The translations under genes and the position numbers were made by a program. 52,196 nt of DNA from a virus (lineage: Duplodnaviria > Caudoviricetes): the IMG/VR virus record IMGVR_UViG_3300047552_000351, positions 1-52,196 of that record, one strand, 5' to 3'. Each line of letters starts with the position of its first letter. Position 1 is the first letter of the stretch. Positions 8,996-19,055 of the stretch are shown in pieces. The notes under the pieces were generated by a model. The model ran no database searches and had not been told where the DNA came from. It saw nothing but the letters and a program-made list of their open reading frames with translations.

Positions 8996-9430
8996 CTAGT
9001 TATCAATCTGAATGGTCAGCGCACCGGCTTGGAACATTGGCGCTGGGTCTCCGTTGTTAACGGTTTTGGATGCGGTTAGCGCGGCCCATACAAGCAGATT
9101 GCCTGACGTTGACGCGTCGAACAGACCAAAGTGTGTTACGGTTCCCCAATTCGCGGTAGGGGTAGGAAAAGTAATGGATGCTGCGTTCGAAACAGTCCCG
9201 CCAGTTCCGCTACTGTTCCCGGTTGTTGTTCCGTGCGTTCCGTTCCATGACGCATCTGCCTTTGTTACTGAAACACGCGCATATGATCCACCGCTAACTT
9301 CAGTGCCACCGCCCGTGTCGCTTGGAGCAGCAGTAAATAGGCCAACGTACATAGTGCCTGGCGTATACGCCGTTGCGCGGAACAGATGATCTGCTAATTT
9401 ATTTTCAAGGTAATTAGTAAAACTAGCCAT
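8996..9430 (-). CDS. minor tail protein
   Basis: YLENKL..., YVGLFTAAPSDTGGGTEVSGGSYAR and WGTVTHFGLFDA are typical of a conserved virion protein family. Confidence 0.7.
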   Translation of the reverse strand: MASFTNYLENKLADHLFRATAYTPGTMYVGLFTAAPSDTGGGTEVSGGSYARVSVTKADASWNGTHGTTTGNSSGTGGTVSNAASITFPTPTANWGTVTHFGLFDASTSGNLLVWAALTASKTVNNGDPAPMFQAGALTIQIDN

Positions 9431-9458
9431 GCCTTAATTCTCCAAAAGTAAAATTATA

Positions 9459-12400
9459 CTATGCTGAAAGCCTAGCATTTCGCTCAATCGTTGATAATCT
9501 ATCGTCCATACGCTCTAGAGATTGCACCATTCTTGGGTATGCCATTGCGTTACTATTGACGATTGCCTGCAGTTCTGTTTTAAGTTCGCCAATCGCTTTA
9601 GTTATCTTCTCGTCATCCTCACTGGTCATGATCCGCTTACTATTATTTGCATCGATGACTTGTGCTGGCTTTGCGAAATTAACGAGTTCCGGTCCCTTCT
9701 CTCCTACAAGCGCCAACCCGGCGCCGAGATAACCGCCAGATGCTGCTGCAGGAACGACATCGACGCCCATGTTTGCGGCCATCTTGTTAAGCTGCCGCAA
9801 CTGTGCTCGGTTCAATATGTTCAGGCCTTTGACTTCATCAATCAGAGTTGCCATCTGATTAACGGCCCGAGTTCGCTCGTATGCAAGCAGTTCGTTAAGC
9901 CGTTCGAGTTTTGCTATCGTCCGATCACGCAGCGTCTTGAGTGCTAGATTCTTTTCAGGGTCTGACAAGTCTTCGATGGCTTTTTGCGCCTTCGCCTGAG
10001 CCTTCGAAACTTTCTTGTCGTACAAGTCGTTGATATCCTGGCGTTGATTGTCGAACTGCTTAGAAATCCGCGTTAATTTGTTGTCGAGTGTGTCGTTGAC
10101 TGAATCAATACGAGATTGGAATGACTCGCGAAGTCGATCCATTTCGTCAGACTGTGCGCGTGATAATGCTCGGCTTTCAACCTGGAACGTGCGTTCCAGC
10201 GCCTTCATATCAGCGCTTTGCTGTTCCTTTAGTTGGTCGATCTTGCTTTGTACCGATACCTCGTTTGTCTGTGTATTTCCAAGCGCTTCGAGTTCTTTCT
10301 GGATGCGCTCGAACTCGGTAGCGTATGCCGTCGATCCGCCGAAGTATTGACGCAACAGGTTAAGCAATACATCTGCCTGACCGCTTACCTTTCCAGCTGC
10401 TTCAGCGTCACCACCTTTCGCAAGAGCAACCAACGTTGCATACTGTTGGCGGGCTTCCTTGATCTTGTCTTCCGGAGACAAACTCGACAGCGCGCCGGTC
10501 TTAAGTCCTTCGGCGTACTGCTTGATCTGAGCAAACGCGGATTTGAGTTGGTTCGCTATGTTTAGCTGATCCTGAAGCGCTTCCATTTCCGCATTCTGGG
10601 TTTTCTGTAGCGCGTCACGGCGTGCAGACTGCTGATCCTCAAGCGACCATGTGGCCTCTTGTTGGCGGTCCTCTAGCTGCCGCTCCGCACCCTTTAGGGC
10701 AGCCTGTATCGCGTCAATGCGTGCCTCTGCGGCGTCCCTAGCGGCGTTAGTGCGTGCTTCCTCTGCGCGGTCTACTGCGGCAAGCTTTCGATCACGCCTG
10801 ACGTTGATCGTTTCAATATCAGATTCCAACTGCTTGTTGATCGCGTTGGTTTTCCGCTGGATGCCCTTTTGTATTCTCTCAACTTGTTGATCATATACTG
10901 ACATGATGTTGTTAATCATGTCAGTAATGAGTTCTACGCCCTTTTGCGGATCATTAACGCCAGATTTGCGGTATTCCCTATATGCGTCAGTGGATGCTTG
11001 CAACTGCTGTTTGGCAAATTGTAACGGAGCGTTCCCTCCCTTTAGGTCGGCAATCTTGGAAGCGATGGTATTCTGCAGGTCTTCAATACCCCGGATCATA
11101 TCGTTCCAGAAATCGCGCAGCGAACTAAGCAGCACCTCGCCCTCTTGTCGGAGTATGCGCTTTCGTTCATCCGTCAGCGCTTTAAGCTTTTCGCCAAGTT
11201 GCGCAGAATCTATGTCTGCGCTGTTCTTGGCCATCTGGTCGATAATGCCTTGAATCTGCGTGTTGATGCTGTCGATTTCTTTCTGTTTTGCCGAGAGGTC
11301 GCCGCGCAGTATATCGGCCTGGGCGTTAAGATCTCCAAGTTGTTGACGCCACGACGCTACGTATTGTGCAGCCTTCGGCACGCCTTCCCAGCGCGCGATA
11401 AGGTCTTGATACTTGCTGATTTCTGAAAGCGTCGTATTCAGGAATCCAAGATTGGTATTTATCTCGGACTGCCGGATACTGCGATAAGCAGTTAACTTAT
11501 CGACATCGGCTTGCAGTGGGTCATTGACTGCTTTTTTGGCAAGAGCGGCACGGTTTGCAAAGTCTGATTCTACTTGCCCTAGCTTTGCGTCTAATATGTC
11601 TTTGAAATCATCGACAATTGTCTGAAGCTGTTCAGCATACGTCCCAAGCGGATTGATATAGTTTTTATACTTCTTTTCGAGTTCGTCGGCTGCGTCGGCT
11701 GCATCTGCGAATGCTCCAGACAACGCGACAACACGCGCAAACAGTTTTTGACCTTCTTCGGTAGTCGTGTCGATGGATAACGCGAGTTCGCGGAACCCTT
11801 CTTTGCTCGTCGGAAGTACTAGCCCGAGTTCTCCAAACTGTCGAGATATAGTGACCAGCGAGTTAGCATACTGCTCGCCAGCACTGAAGAAATTGGAGTT
11901 GAAATCCTCCATTGCGTTGCGTAGATTAGCAACTCCGCCAACAGCTTCAGTCATTGCTCTGGTAAGCGCATTCGCCTCAATGCCCATACCCGTGAACAGG
12001 TCACGCACCGCAACAAGGTCTTGATATACGGCAACGAGGTCGTCCAAGCTTCCTACAGCGTCTTCCATGAACTTGCCAACGCTAGACCCTGCCTCGCGCA
12101 TGATGATCGACTGGCGAACGATTTCTGCGCCTACGTCTTCGGCTTGACGGTTAACTACATCCTTGTACGACACTGCTGCAATGTTGAGTTGTTCTAGCGC
12201 GCCTTTTGCCTGGTTAATGCCAGATGCAACGCGAGTTAGAGTCTCGAACATTCCTTCGCCAACACGATTAAATGACTCTAGCTCGTCAATGTTTAAGGCT
12301 TTCGCCATGCGATCCGCAATCGCGCTAAACTGAGCAGAAAGGGCTTCCTGTAGTTCCTTTCCGGTTAGTTTCTTTCCGTCAGTGCCTTTCAGGCTTTGAG

Positions 12401-15400
12401 GATCAATGGAAACTGTGAACTCGGCAAGGCGCTTTTGGAATTCCATGCTCGAAATGCCGAATGCTTTTGCGCCCTCCTGTACCGCATCAGCGAGTGATCG
12501 GATCACCTTAGTGAATGCATCCTCTGTTTCCTGAGCAACTTGGCCTAGATACGTTTTTGTCTTAGACGATAGCGTCATACCGAATAGCTTAGTGGTCGTC
12601 GTGACATCGGTATAACTCTTTAGTTCTAACCCGCTTTTCAATACTTCGCTTAGCAGTTGCGGGTTAAGCGTCCCAATACCGAAGTCTGTTATTTTAGAAC
12701 GTGTATTCATGAACAACGTAGGCTCGCCAAACAATCCCTTATTGTTGTTGACCCATTTAACGTTTTGTCCAGTAAGAGCAGTCAGTGCGTTGACATTTAC
12801 GAGTAGGCTAGTAGTAGCGCCCTTAAGCGACGCGTCGATATTCTCTAACGCTTTCGTCATCTTGGCGCTATAGTCAAGATCCGCGCTGCTATTGTTCTTC
12901 AGTATTTCGAGACTATTCGAAATGCTTTGACTCTTGGCTGCTTCGTCGCCCGTAACGGTGCCAGTATTGACCGCAGTCGTTTTACCAACCGCGCCTTGCT
13001 TGCCAGGATTACCACCTCCCATGCCTACGCCAAACCCAAGCGCTGCCATTGTTGCCGCCATAGCGGCCATGCGTATCCAGGCAGAATAAGGTTCTCCGTT
13101 TGCTTGATTAGCAACGCCTACTGCTGCCGCAGCTTGTCCTTGCATCTGCTTTTGCGCTACGTCTTGTCCGGTAAACGTCCATCCAGCAACAGCCATCTGG
13201 ATATAGTTCGAAAGCGTCAACGCTAACTCGATCATGCGGAACGCTTTAGTAGCAGCCTGCATCGCGTTATAACCGCTCGTTCCTTCCTCGAAGAACGATC
13301 CAGCGGCTTGCGTTAGGTTGCCGTATTGGTGAATCTGCGCGCTTAACTGGTTCGACTGCTCGCGCTGAATAGCCGTCATCTTTTCAGCGTCTGGCATCGT
13401 CTTGTCGCTTTGTATCGACTTGATGCGCTGCTCGGACTGGTACATCGTCTCGTTATACTGAGCCAATCCTGCCACGACTTGACCAATAGCCGCGCCAGTC
13501 TTACCAAACGCTTCCGCCATTCCTTGCGCGCTCTGCTGAGCTTGGCGGACCATAGTTTGATAGTATTGGCCCATGCGGAGCACTTCGTCCTTTACCGCTT
13601 TTTCGGAGTCCGCTTGTTCCTTCTTGGCGGCGTTTAGTGCTTCGATTTCCGCCAGTTTCTTTTTTGCGGTCGCCTCTACTGCGTCCGCCTCTTCGTTGCT
13701 AAGCCCAACCAAAACCTCGCGCAAACGCTGTTCCTCGGACAGCAAGTTGTTTTGATCCTGCAACGCTGCAATCTGGTCGTCCAATGATTGGAGATAGTCG
13801 GCAATCGCCTGCGCGCTTCGTACCTTTCCGTCAGTTTCTTGCTGCTGCGCAGACGCGATGTCGCTCGCAAGTTGCGACGCCTTAGTGCCTGATTGGATCT
13901 CAAGTTGTGCGCGTTGTGCGCTAAGTTGTGCTAGATTCGCCTCGGCTTGCTCGCGCTGACTGGTCAGTTGTAAATGCTGTTGCTCAGTTAGTTTGTACTG
14001 GTTTTCTGCGGCAATGATTGCGTTAATGTTGGCCAGCTTTACGCGAGCGTACGTTTCTTCGTTGGAAACCTTAGAAAGTTGCAAGCGCAGCAATTCCTGC
14101 TGCATCGCCTTTTCTTGCTCTGCGGCTTGCGTCAAATAAGCGACTTTATTAGCACCTGTGGCTTGACTAGATTCGCGCGAAACGGTCGCGTCGAATTCCT
14201 GGATGCGCGCTTTTTGTTTCTCTATTTGAGTATCGATCTCAGCATTGCGCTTATCCATCGCGGCTTTAGTCTTCGCTTCCATTGTGTCAAGTTCAGCGCT
14301 GAATGTCTCAAATTGGGATCGCGTTAACTGCTCCTGCTGCTTTGGCGATAGCGTGTCTGCTAGTAGCCCATTCGGGTACTTTGCTTTAAGATCGCGAGCG
14401 GCCTTGTCGTATGCTGCTAGATAGTCCTTAACCCATCCTGCACCAGTGCCGTATTTTGCTAGATTGCCTTCCCCGCCATTGTATGCGGCAAGTACTCTAA
14501 CAAGGTCTCCATCATACTTCTTATACAGTCGCGCAAGTTCTTCGACTCCGATTCTGATATTTTCCATTGCATTGTTGATATTCCCTTTATTGCCGAAGTA
14601 TTTCGGCATCAACTGCATAACGCCAGTCGCGCCTTTGTCTGATACTGCCCCCTGGTTAAAGTTAGATTCGAGTTTAGCGACAGTCACCGCAAGCTGTTCA
14701 GGTATGCCAGCCTTTCTAGCCGCCTGCGCAATTGCTGCGATGGTATCCTCTGCCTTCTTTCCGACGTTTTCTATCTTATAGCCAACGTCTCCAAAGCCTT
14801 TAGACATCTCTGTTGTTTGCGCAGTGACTTGCTTTTCTTGTGCAATCATCTGTTGGAGAAGTTTGTCGGCTTCGTCAAACTGCTTTTGTGCGAAGTCGAT
14901 ATCCCCTATTCCAGCGCCTCTAGCCTTAAGCGTTACTAACTTGGTTCCAAGTTCATTAACCAGTTGCGCTTGTTCCTTTAGCGTATTCGTGCTGCCAGTC
15001 GATCGCCATCGGTCAAAATACGACGCAAGCGAGTTCATACCGTCAGCAAGCGTTTTGACCATTCCGGATGCCGTCGCAACCTCCGCCATGAATGCCTGCA
15101 AGCTTGTCGTTAATCGCTGGAATGATTGCCCAAACGTTGACGGCAATGCGCGCGCCTGTTCGTCAAACGATTGGCGCATTTTTACCATTGCGTCCGCTAT
15201 TGTGTCAGCGGTTAGCTTTCCCTCTGTTGCGAGGCTTTTAAGCTGGCCTATAGGCACTCCGATTGCCTTGGCAAGTTCTGCCATCAGCGTTGGCGCATTC
15301 TCCATTAGGCTTCTAAACTCTTCGCCTTGGAGTTTGCCTGACGCCATAGCCTGCGAGAATTGAAGGATTGCGCTTTGCGCCTCTTGAGTAGAAGACCCAG

Positions 15401-15866
15401 AAATGCGCAGCGCTTGTGCCATTGTCTTGACAATCGCGAGCATGTCAGCCGCGCTTCGTCCTGTTCCTTCGAACGCACGCGCCATGCGCGTATACAGCGC
15501 TACGTTAGACTCTAGGTCGCTTGCTGTTTCTTGGCTGATTCTGAACAGTTCACGATAGACGCCAGCAAACTGCGTTGCGCTATTCGACACAAGACGCAGA
15601 CGGCCTTCTAGTAACTGGAATCGGTCGGCAGCTTCAATGGCAGCGCGTGTTGCAGCGATTGCCGTCCCTACCGTCACATACGCAGCAGCCGTAGCCGCAG
15701 CAGTTCGGCCAAGAGAAGAAAGCGAACGCTCTTGATTGGAAGCGGAAGAGGATGAGTTTTTTAGAGACCGATCAAGCTTGTTGACTTGATTGTCTAAATT
15801 GGCAATCTCAGCGGACGCATTCTTGCCATCCGCCGAGATTTTAATCGTAAGTCCTAAATCTGCCAT
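9459..15866 (-). CDS. tape measure protein with a lytic transglycosylase (SLT) domain
   Basis: 2135 aa, Ala-rich helical. Tape-measure domain QFSQAMASGKLQGEEFRS. SLT motifs ESNF, GVMQLMP and LAAYNGG. Confidence 0.95.
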   Translation of the reverse strand: MADLGLTIKISADGKNASAEIANLDNQVNKLDRSLKNSSSSASNQERSLSSLGRTAAATAAAYVTVGTAIAATRAAIEAADRFQLLEGRLRLVSNSATQFAGVYRELFRISQETASDLESNVALYTRMARAFEGTGRSAADMLAIVKTMAQALRISGSSTQEAQSAILQFSQAMASGKLQGEEFRSLMENAPTLMAELAKAIGVPIGQLKSLATEGKLTADTIADAMVKMRQSFDEQARALPSTFGQSFQRLTTSLQAFMAEVATASGMVKTLADGMNSLASYFDRWRSTGSTNTLKEQAQLVNELGTKLVTLKARGAGIGDIDFAQKQFDEADKLLQQMIAQEKQVTAQTTEMSKGFGDVGYKIENVGKKAEDTIAAIAQAARKAGIPEQLAVTVAKLESNFNQGAVSDKGATGVMQLMPKYFGNKGNINNAMENIRIGVEELARLYKKYDGDLVRVLAAYNGGEGNLAKYGTGAGWVKDYLAAYDKAARDLKAKYPNGLLADTLSPKQQEQLTRSQFETFSAELDTMEAKTKAAMDKRNAEIDTQIEKQKARIQEFDATVSRESSQATGANKVAYLTQAAEQEKAMQQELLRLQLSKVSNEETYARVKLANINAIIAAENQYKLTEQQHLQLTSQREQAEANLAQLSAQRAQLEIQSGTKASQLASDIASAQQQETDGKVRSAQAIADYLQSLDDQIAALQDQNNLLSEEQRLREVLVGLSNEEADAVEATAKKKLAEIEALNAAKKEQADSEKAVKDEVLRMGQYYQTMVRQAQQSAQGMAEAFGKTGAAIGQVVAGLAQYNETMYQSEQRIKSIQSDKTMPDAEKMTAIQREQSNQLSAQIHQYGNLTQAAGSFFEEGTSGYNAMQAATKAFRMIELALTLSNYIQMAVAGWTFTGQDVAQKQMQGQAAAAVGVANQANGEPYSAWIRMAAMAATMAALGFGVGMGGGNPGKQGAVGKTTAVNTGTVTGDEAAKSQSISNSLEILKNNSSADLDYSAKMTKALENIDASLKGATTSLLVNVNALTALTGQNVKWVNNNKGLFGEPTLFMNTRSKITDFGIGTLNPQLLSEVLKSGLELKSYTDVTTTTKLFGMTLSSKTKTYLGQVAQETEDAFTKVIRSLADAVQEGAKAFGISSMEFQKRLAEFTVSIDPQSLKGTDGKKLTGKELQEALSAQFSAIADRMAKALNIDELESFNRVGEGMFETLTRVASGINQAKGALEQLNIAAVSYKDVVNRQAEDVGAEIVRQSIIMREAGSSVGKFMEDAVGSLDDLVAVYQDLVAVRDLFTGMGIEANALTRAMTEAVGGVANLRNAMEDFNSNFFSAGEQYANSLVTISRQFGELGLVLPTSKEGFRELALSIDTTTEEGQKLFARVVALSGAFADAADAADELEKKYKNYINPLGTYAEQLQTIVDDFKDILDAKLGQVESDFANRAALAKKAVNDPLQADVDKLTAYRSIRQSEINTNLGFLNTTLSEISKYQDLIARWEGVPKAAQYVASWRQQLGDLNAQADILRGDLSAKQKEIDSINTQIQGIIDQMAKNSADIDSAQLGEKLKALTDERKRILRQEGEVLLSSLRDFWNDMIRGIEDLQNTIASKIADLKGGNAPLQFAKQQLQASTDAYREYRKSGVNDPQKGVELITDMINNIMSVYDQQVERIQKGIQRKTNAINKQLESDIETINVRRDRKLAAVDRAEEARTNAARDAAEARIDAIQAALKGAERQLEDRQQEATWSLEDQQSARRDALQKTQNAEMEALQDQLNIANQLKSAFAQIKQYAEGLKTGALSSLSPEDKIKEARQQYATLVALAKGGDAEAAGKVSGQADVLLNLLRQYFGGSTAYATEFERIQKELEALGNTQTNEVSVQSKIDQLKEQQSADMKALERTFQVESRALSRAQSDEMDRLRESFQSRIDSVNDTLDNKLTRISKQFDNQRQDINDLYDKKVSKAQAKAQKAIEDLSDPEKNLALKTLRDRTIAKLERLNELLAYERTRAVNQMATLIDEVKGLNILNRAQLRQLNKMAANMGVDVVPAAASGGYLGAGLALVGEKGPELVNFAKPAQVIDANNSKRIMTSEDDEKITKAIGELKTELQAIVNSNAMAYPRMVQSLERMDDRLSTIERNARLSA

Positions 15867-15878
15867 CGCGCGCGTACC

Positions 15879-16169
15879 TTATTTTGGTTTGTTCAATATC
15901 GGGAGCGCTGCCATTTCCATTATCTGCAAGTCCCGAAATATCTCATTCGCTCGCCTCGCGCGATGTCCAAAACTGCGAATTACTATATCAACGTCTGTAT
16001 ACCTTAGCCCGTGGTAAAGAATGGTGCCGCTCATCGCTGGAATTTCACGACGCCAGCATGTGCAGCAGGATAGGAAAACTAGAACAGAATCCCAATTCTC
16101 ATCGAATACTTCAAAGTGAATAGACTCGTCTTCTCCTTGCGTTTCTTCAACAATACCGAATATTCGCAA
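15879..16169 (-). CDS. tail assembly chaperone, T-frame (DUF1799-like)
   Basis: ENWDSV..F....T.WR...GLRY...LQIMEMAAL. The frame stays open back to the slippery site at 16250-16256. Confidence 0.8.
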   Translation of the reverse strand: MRIFGIVEETQGEDESIHFEVFDENWDSVLVFLSCCTCWRREIPAMSGTILYHGLRYTDVDIVIRSFGHRARRANEIFRDLQIMEMAALPILNKPK

Positions 16170-16246
16170 TGATTCGGCCCCGTCGTCGTCATCTTCAACA
16201 CTCGCGCTACTTAGTTTTGGCTGTGCCCAATACCTAGCAGCGCCCT

Positions 16247-16621
16247 CTAGTTTTTTACTCGCGCGCCTCCCGATAGCGTCGCTTCAAAGAATGCGGACGT
16301 GATCTTTGATGCCGCGTTTGGGAATTGATCCAATAGCGCAAATACAGCATCACGAACAAATGGGACAGGTTTACCATCTTCGTCGCTAATATGCCTCCAA
16401 TCTTTTGCAATGTTCATGACGTAATCAACATCAGCTTCCAGCGTGTCGCCGGAATCGCTGCGGTTCTTTGATTCGTCAAACATGCGGTTAACTTCAGATC
16501 GCGAAAACCGATTAAACAACATTTCAAAACTGAACGTTCTTGACCCTCCGGTCTCAGTTACTACAGGAATCTCTACCTTATACCAGAACGGTTTATCTTG
16601 TTTGGCTAGAACGAAACTCAT
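16247..16621 (-). CDS. tail assembly chaperone (G-like)
   Basis: Between the major tail and tape measure genes; ends GTA AAA AAC TAG. Confidence 0.85.
   Translation of the reverse strand: MSFVLAKQDKPFWYKVEIPVVTETGGSRTFSFEMLFNRFSRSEVNRMFDESKNRSDSGDTLEADVDYVMNIAKDWRHISDEDGKPVPFVRDAVFALLDQFPNAASKITSAFFEATLSGGARVKN
16250..16256 (-). other. -1 programmed frameshift slippery site A AAA AAC
   Basis: A -1 shift gives KKLEGAARYWAQ...SLRIFGIVEE, in frame with the ORF ending at 15879. Confidence 0.85.
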
Positions 16622-16640
16622 AAGTTACTCGTGATTAGTT

Positions 16641-16676
16641 AAAAAGAAAGCGGCACAGTTATTTTACCATGCCGCT
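16641..16676 (-). terminator. Rho-independent terminator after the major tail gene
   Basis: AGCGGCATGGT-AAAATA-ACTGTGCCGCT followed by TTCTTTTT. Confidence 0.75.
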
Positions 16677-16703
16677 AAACATTACCACACAAAGCGAAAC
16701 TTA

Positions 16704-17876
16704 TTAACTAACAGTAAGCACGACTTCATCGTTGCCGCTATTCGGGAGCGCGATCAAGTCGGCATCCATCATGACAACACCATCAGAGTCAGAGTATTTC
16801 GGATTCTGCATCTGACCCTTCGGCAGAACAATCGTCGTGATATTGCCAGCGGTCGAACCGTTACGAACAGCAACAACGCCAGTGGTATTGCCTTGGACCG
16901 TACCGAAAACGTCCAATTCTGCCACTAGCGGCATTTCGAAGGAAATTGACCCCTTCGGAGCGCGGCCAGTGAATACAACACCAGACGTACCAATCAACTG
17001 GCGGAACTTGATATCGTTCGCCATATCCATCATGAACTTAGACAACTGCAGACCAGACGCGCCACCCGTCAGTGCCTTACCAAAGAAGTAACCGCTCGTA
17101 TTCGACGTGATAACCGCAGGCGGAATCTGCCAAGCGGTAAGCGTCGTGGAAGCAACTGCGGCGTCCGTTACGGCGTTATACACGCCGGTAAACGTGAACT
17201 TCATGGAAGGACGTGCGCCAGACGAAAGCTCAAGAGATACCGTACCACGGCACCCGGTGAGCTTATGCAGCACACCGCCACGATAGAAGTAAATCGTACA
17301 AGACGGCGGGGAATCCGTGAGCGGCTTGTACTGGTTATGCGCTTCGATGCTGTATGCGCTTGTATTGTCAGGTGCAAGCGCCATACCAGCAACAGTTGCA
17401 ACGCGCGTGCTGCCAACGTATCCGGTGATTATGCCTGATCCGAAGTTAGTTCCAGCCGTACGCGTAATCTTCGAACCAACATAATATCCGTCAACAGATG
17501 ACGCACCAACAGCAAGCGTGATCGTGGTGGACGATCCAGCAGTAGCAGTGCCGGTTACAGCCGCTGCTACATTAGTAGCAGCAAAACCACATGAAAGCAA
17601 AGCAGCTTCCCACGGGGGTGCGGTACCAGCGGCAGACGAACCTGCCAAGTCGATAGTAAAAGAACACTGCGCATTCTGCGCGACGATAATCGACGGACTC
17701 GAACCGTAGTACGGACGAATATAGTCAAGCGATACCGTCTGAATTTGCAGCGGGTCAATGGACAGCTCCGAAACCAAAAGCGCATTAGATGCACCTGTTG
17801 GCGTCGGGTCCGTCCCTTCAGTAACTTCCTGCTTGAGCAGGATCGCGGCTTTCCGCGTATACAATCTAGTAGACAT
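16704..17876 (-). CDS. major tail (tube) protein
   Basis: TEGTDPTPTGASNALLV, IRPYYG, LHKLTGCRGTV and YSDSDG motifs; position before the chaperones. Confidence 0.88.
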   Translation of the reverse strand: MSTRLYTRKAAILLKQEVTEGTDPTPTGASNALLVSELSIDPLQIQTVSLDYIRPYYGSSPSIIVAQNAQCSFTIDLAGSSAAGTAPPWEAALLSCGFAATNVAAAVTGTATAGSSTTITLAVGASSVDGYYVGSKITRTAGTNFGSGIITGYVGSTRVATVAGMALAPDNTSAYSIEAHNQYKPLTDSPPSCTIYFYRGGVLHKLTGCRGTVSLELSSGARPSMKFTFTGVYNAVTDAAVASTTLTAWQIPPAVITSNTSGYFFGKALTGGASGLQLSKFMMDMANDIKFRQLIGTSGVVFTGRAPKGSISFEMPLVAELDVFGTVQGNTTGVVAVRNGSTAGNITTIVLPKGQMQNPKYSDSDGVVMMDADLIALPNSGNDEVVLTVS

Positions 17877-17879
17877 TTG

Positions 17880-18044
17880 CTAAACCTCGCTAAACTTTTT
17901 GGACGCAGGTCTGCCGCGTTTCTTTTCTGCGCGCGGCTCTTCGCTTTCGGCAACGGCTATTTCTTCGATTGGCTGAGCCGGTTCACTAGTAACCGGCTTT
18001 CGCCATTCGGGAATCGGCACGTTTATAAATGAGATCATTCCCAT
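17880..18044 (-). CDS. small 54 aa protein with a KKRGRP (AT-hook-like) motif
   Basis: Hand-translated MGMISFINVPIPEW...KKRGRPASKKFSEV; fills the gap between capsid and tail genes. Confidence 0.6.
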   Translation of the reverse strand: MGMISFINVPIPEWRKPVTSEPAQPIEEIAVAESEEPRAEKKRGRPASKKFSEV

Positions 18045-18064
18045 TGTTTTGCGTGCTATACCGT

Positions 18065-19036
18065 TTATGCCAATTTGTGCTTGAAAGCGATTGCGCGAAT
18101 AGCCTTGTTTTCGTAAACGCGCGACCAGTTCGTTCCAGTTGCAAGTTCAGCCAAGGTCGGATGCCCGCTTGATGCGTCGCCAGTCGAGATTTCAGCCGTG
18201 CCAACCCACTTAACGCCGCGCATATGGAGCACGAAGTGCCGACGGTTAATCAACACGTCATAACCTGCCAAGCTGTTGCGGTCGTTCTCTACCGGATACT
18301 TCGGCATGCCTTCTGCATAGGCGATTGCGCCAGGGCCAAACATATACGTCGTATAAGTGCCGCTCGATACAGGCAGCGAGTCGTCAGTAATGACGCGCTT
18401 ACCCTGGTACGTTGAGAACGTAGCGCCGTCTGCGCCCTTTTCGGTATCCAGCAAATCATCCTTATACAGCTTGGTATACGTAGCCGAGTGCATCGCAACC
18501 GCAGACAGTCCGCCTGCCGCATCGCCCAACTTGAAAGCCGCGTCTGCAAACGTGTTCTTATCGATAACCGCTGCGTCACCGCTGTTGCCGCTGATGTCGT
18601 GGACGTTGCCGCTCATGGAAGCAGCAGCAAATGCGCCTTTGATAACGTTCAGCAATCGTTTCTGCATCTGGCGCGACCACCATTCGGCAACCAAATCACC
18701 AATAGCGCGCATCGGGTCTGCGCCTGCCAGTGCGTATGCCAAGTCATTCGAGCCGAAAGCTTTACCAAGAGCCTGCACAACGCTAACGTCCTGGCTGGTG
18801 CCAATCGCATTAACGGTCAGCGACTTTTGGTCGGACAACTCTTCGGCATCGCCGGTCAGGTCGTTGAAGAAGGGCATGTTGACGGTTTCGCCGCCTGCCC
18901 GCGTGCCTGGAATAACGCGGCCATCAGATGCAACAATGCCGCTCTGCCAAAAAGCGGAAAGTTCGGTCGAACGCTGTACTACGTAAGGTTGGAAAATCTC
19001 CGGTACAATGATATCGGAAATGCGTGTTTCTGCCAT
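18065..19036 (-). CDS. major capsid protein
   Basis: TRISDIIVPEIFQPYV, GGETVNMPFFNDL, DPMRAIGD; GAGG RBS; follows the scaffold gene. Confidence 0.93.
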   Translation of the reverse strand: MAETRISDIIVPEIFQPYVVQRSTELSAFWQSGIVASDGRVIPGTRAGGETVNMPFFNDLTGDAEELSDQKSLTVNAIGTSQDVSVVQALGKAFGSNDLAYALAGADPMRAIGDLVAEWWSRQMQKRLLNVIKGAFAAASMSGNVHDISGNSGDAAVIDKNTFADAAFKLGDAAGGLSAVAMHSATYTKLYKDDLLDTEKGADGATFSTYQGKRVITDDSLPVSSGTYTTYMFGPGAIAYAEGMPKYPVENDRNSLAGYDVLINRRHFVLHMRGVKWVGTAEISTGDASSGHPTLAELATGTNWSRVYENKAIRAIAFKHKLA

Positions 19037-19055
19037 TTTAGTAACTCCTCAATAA

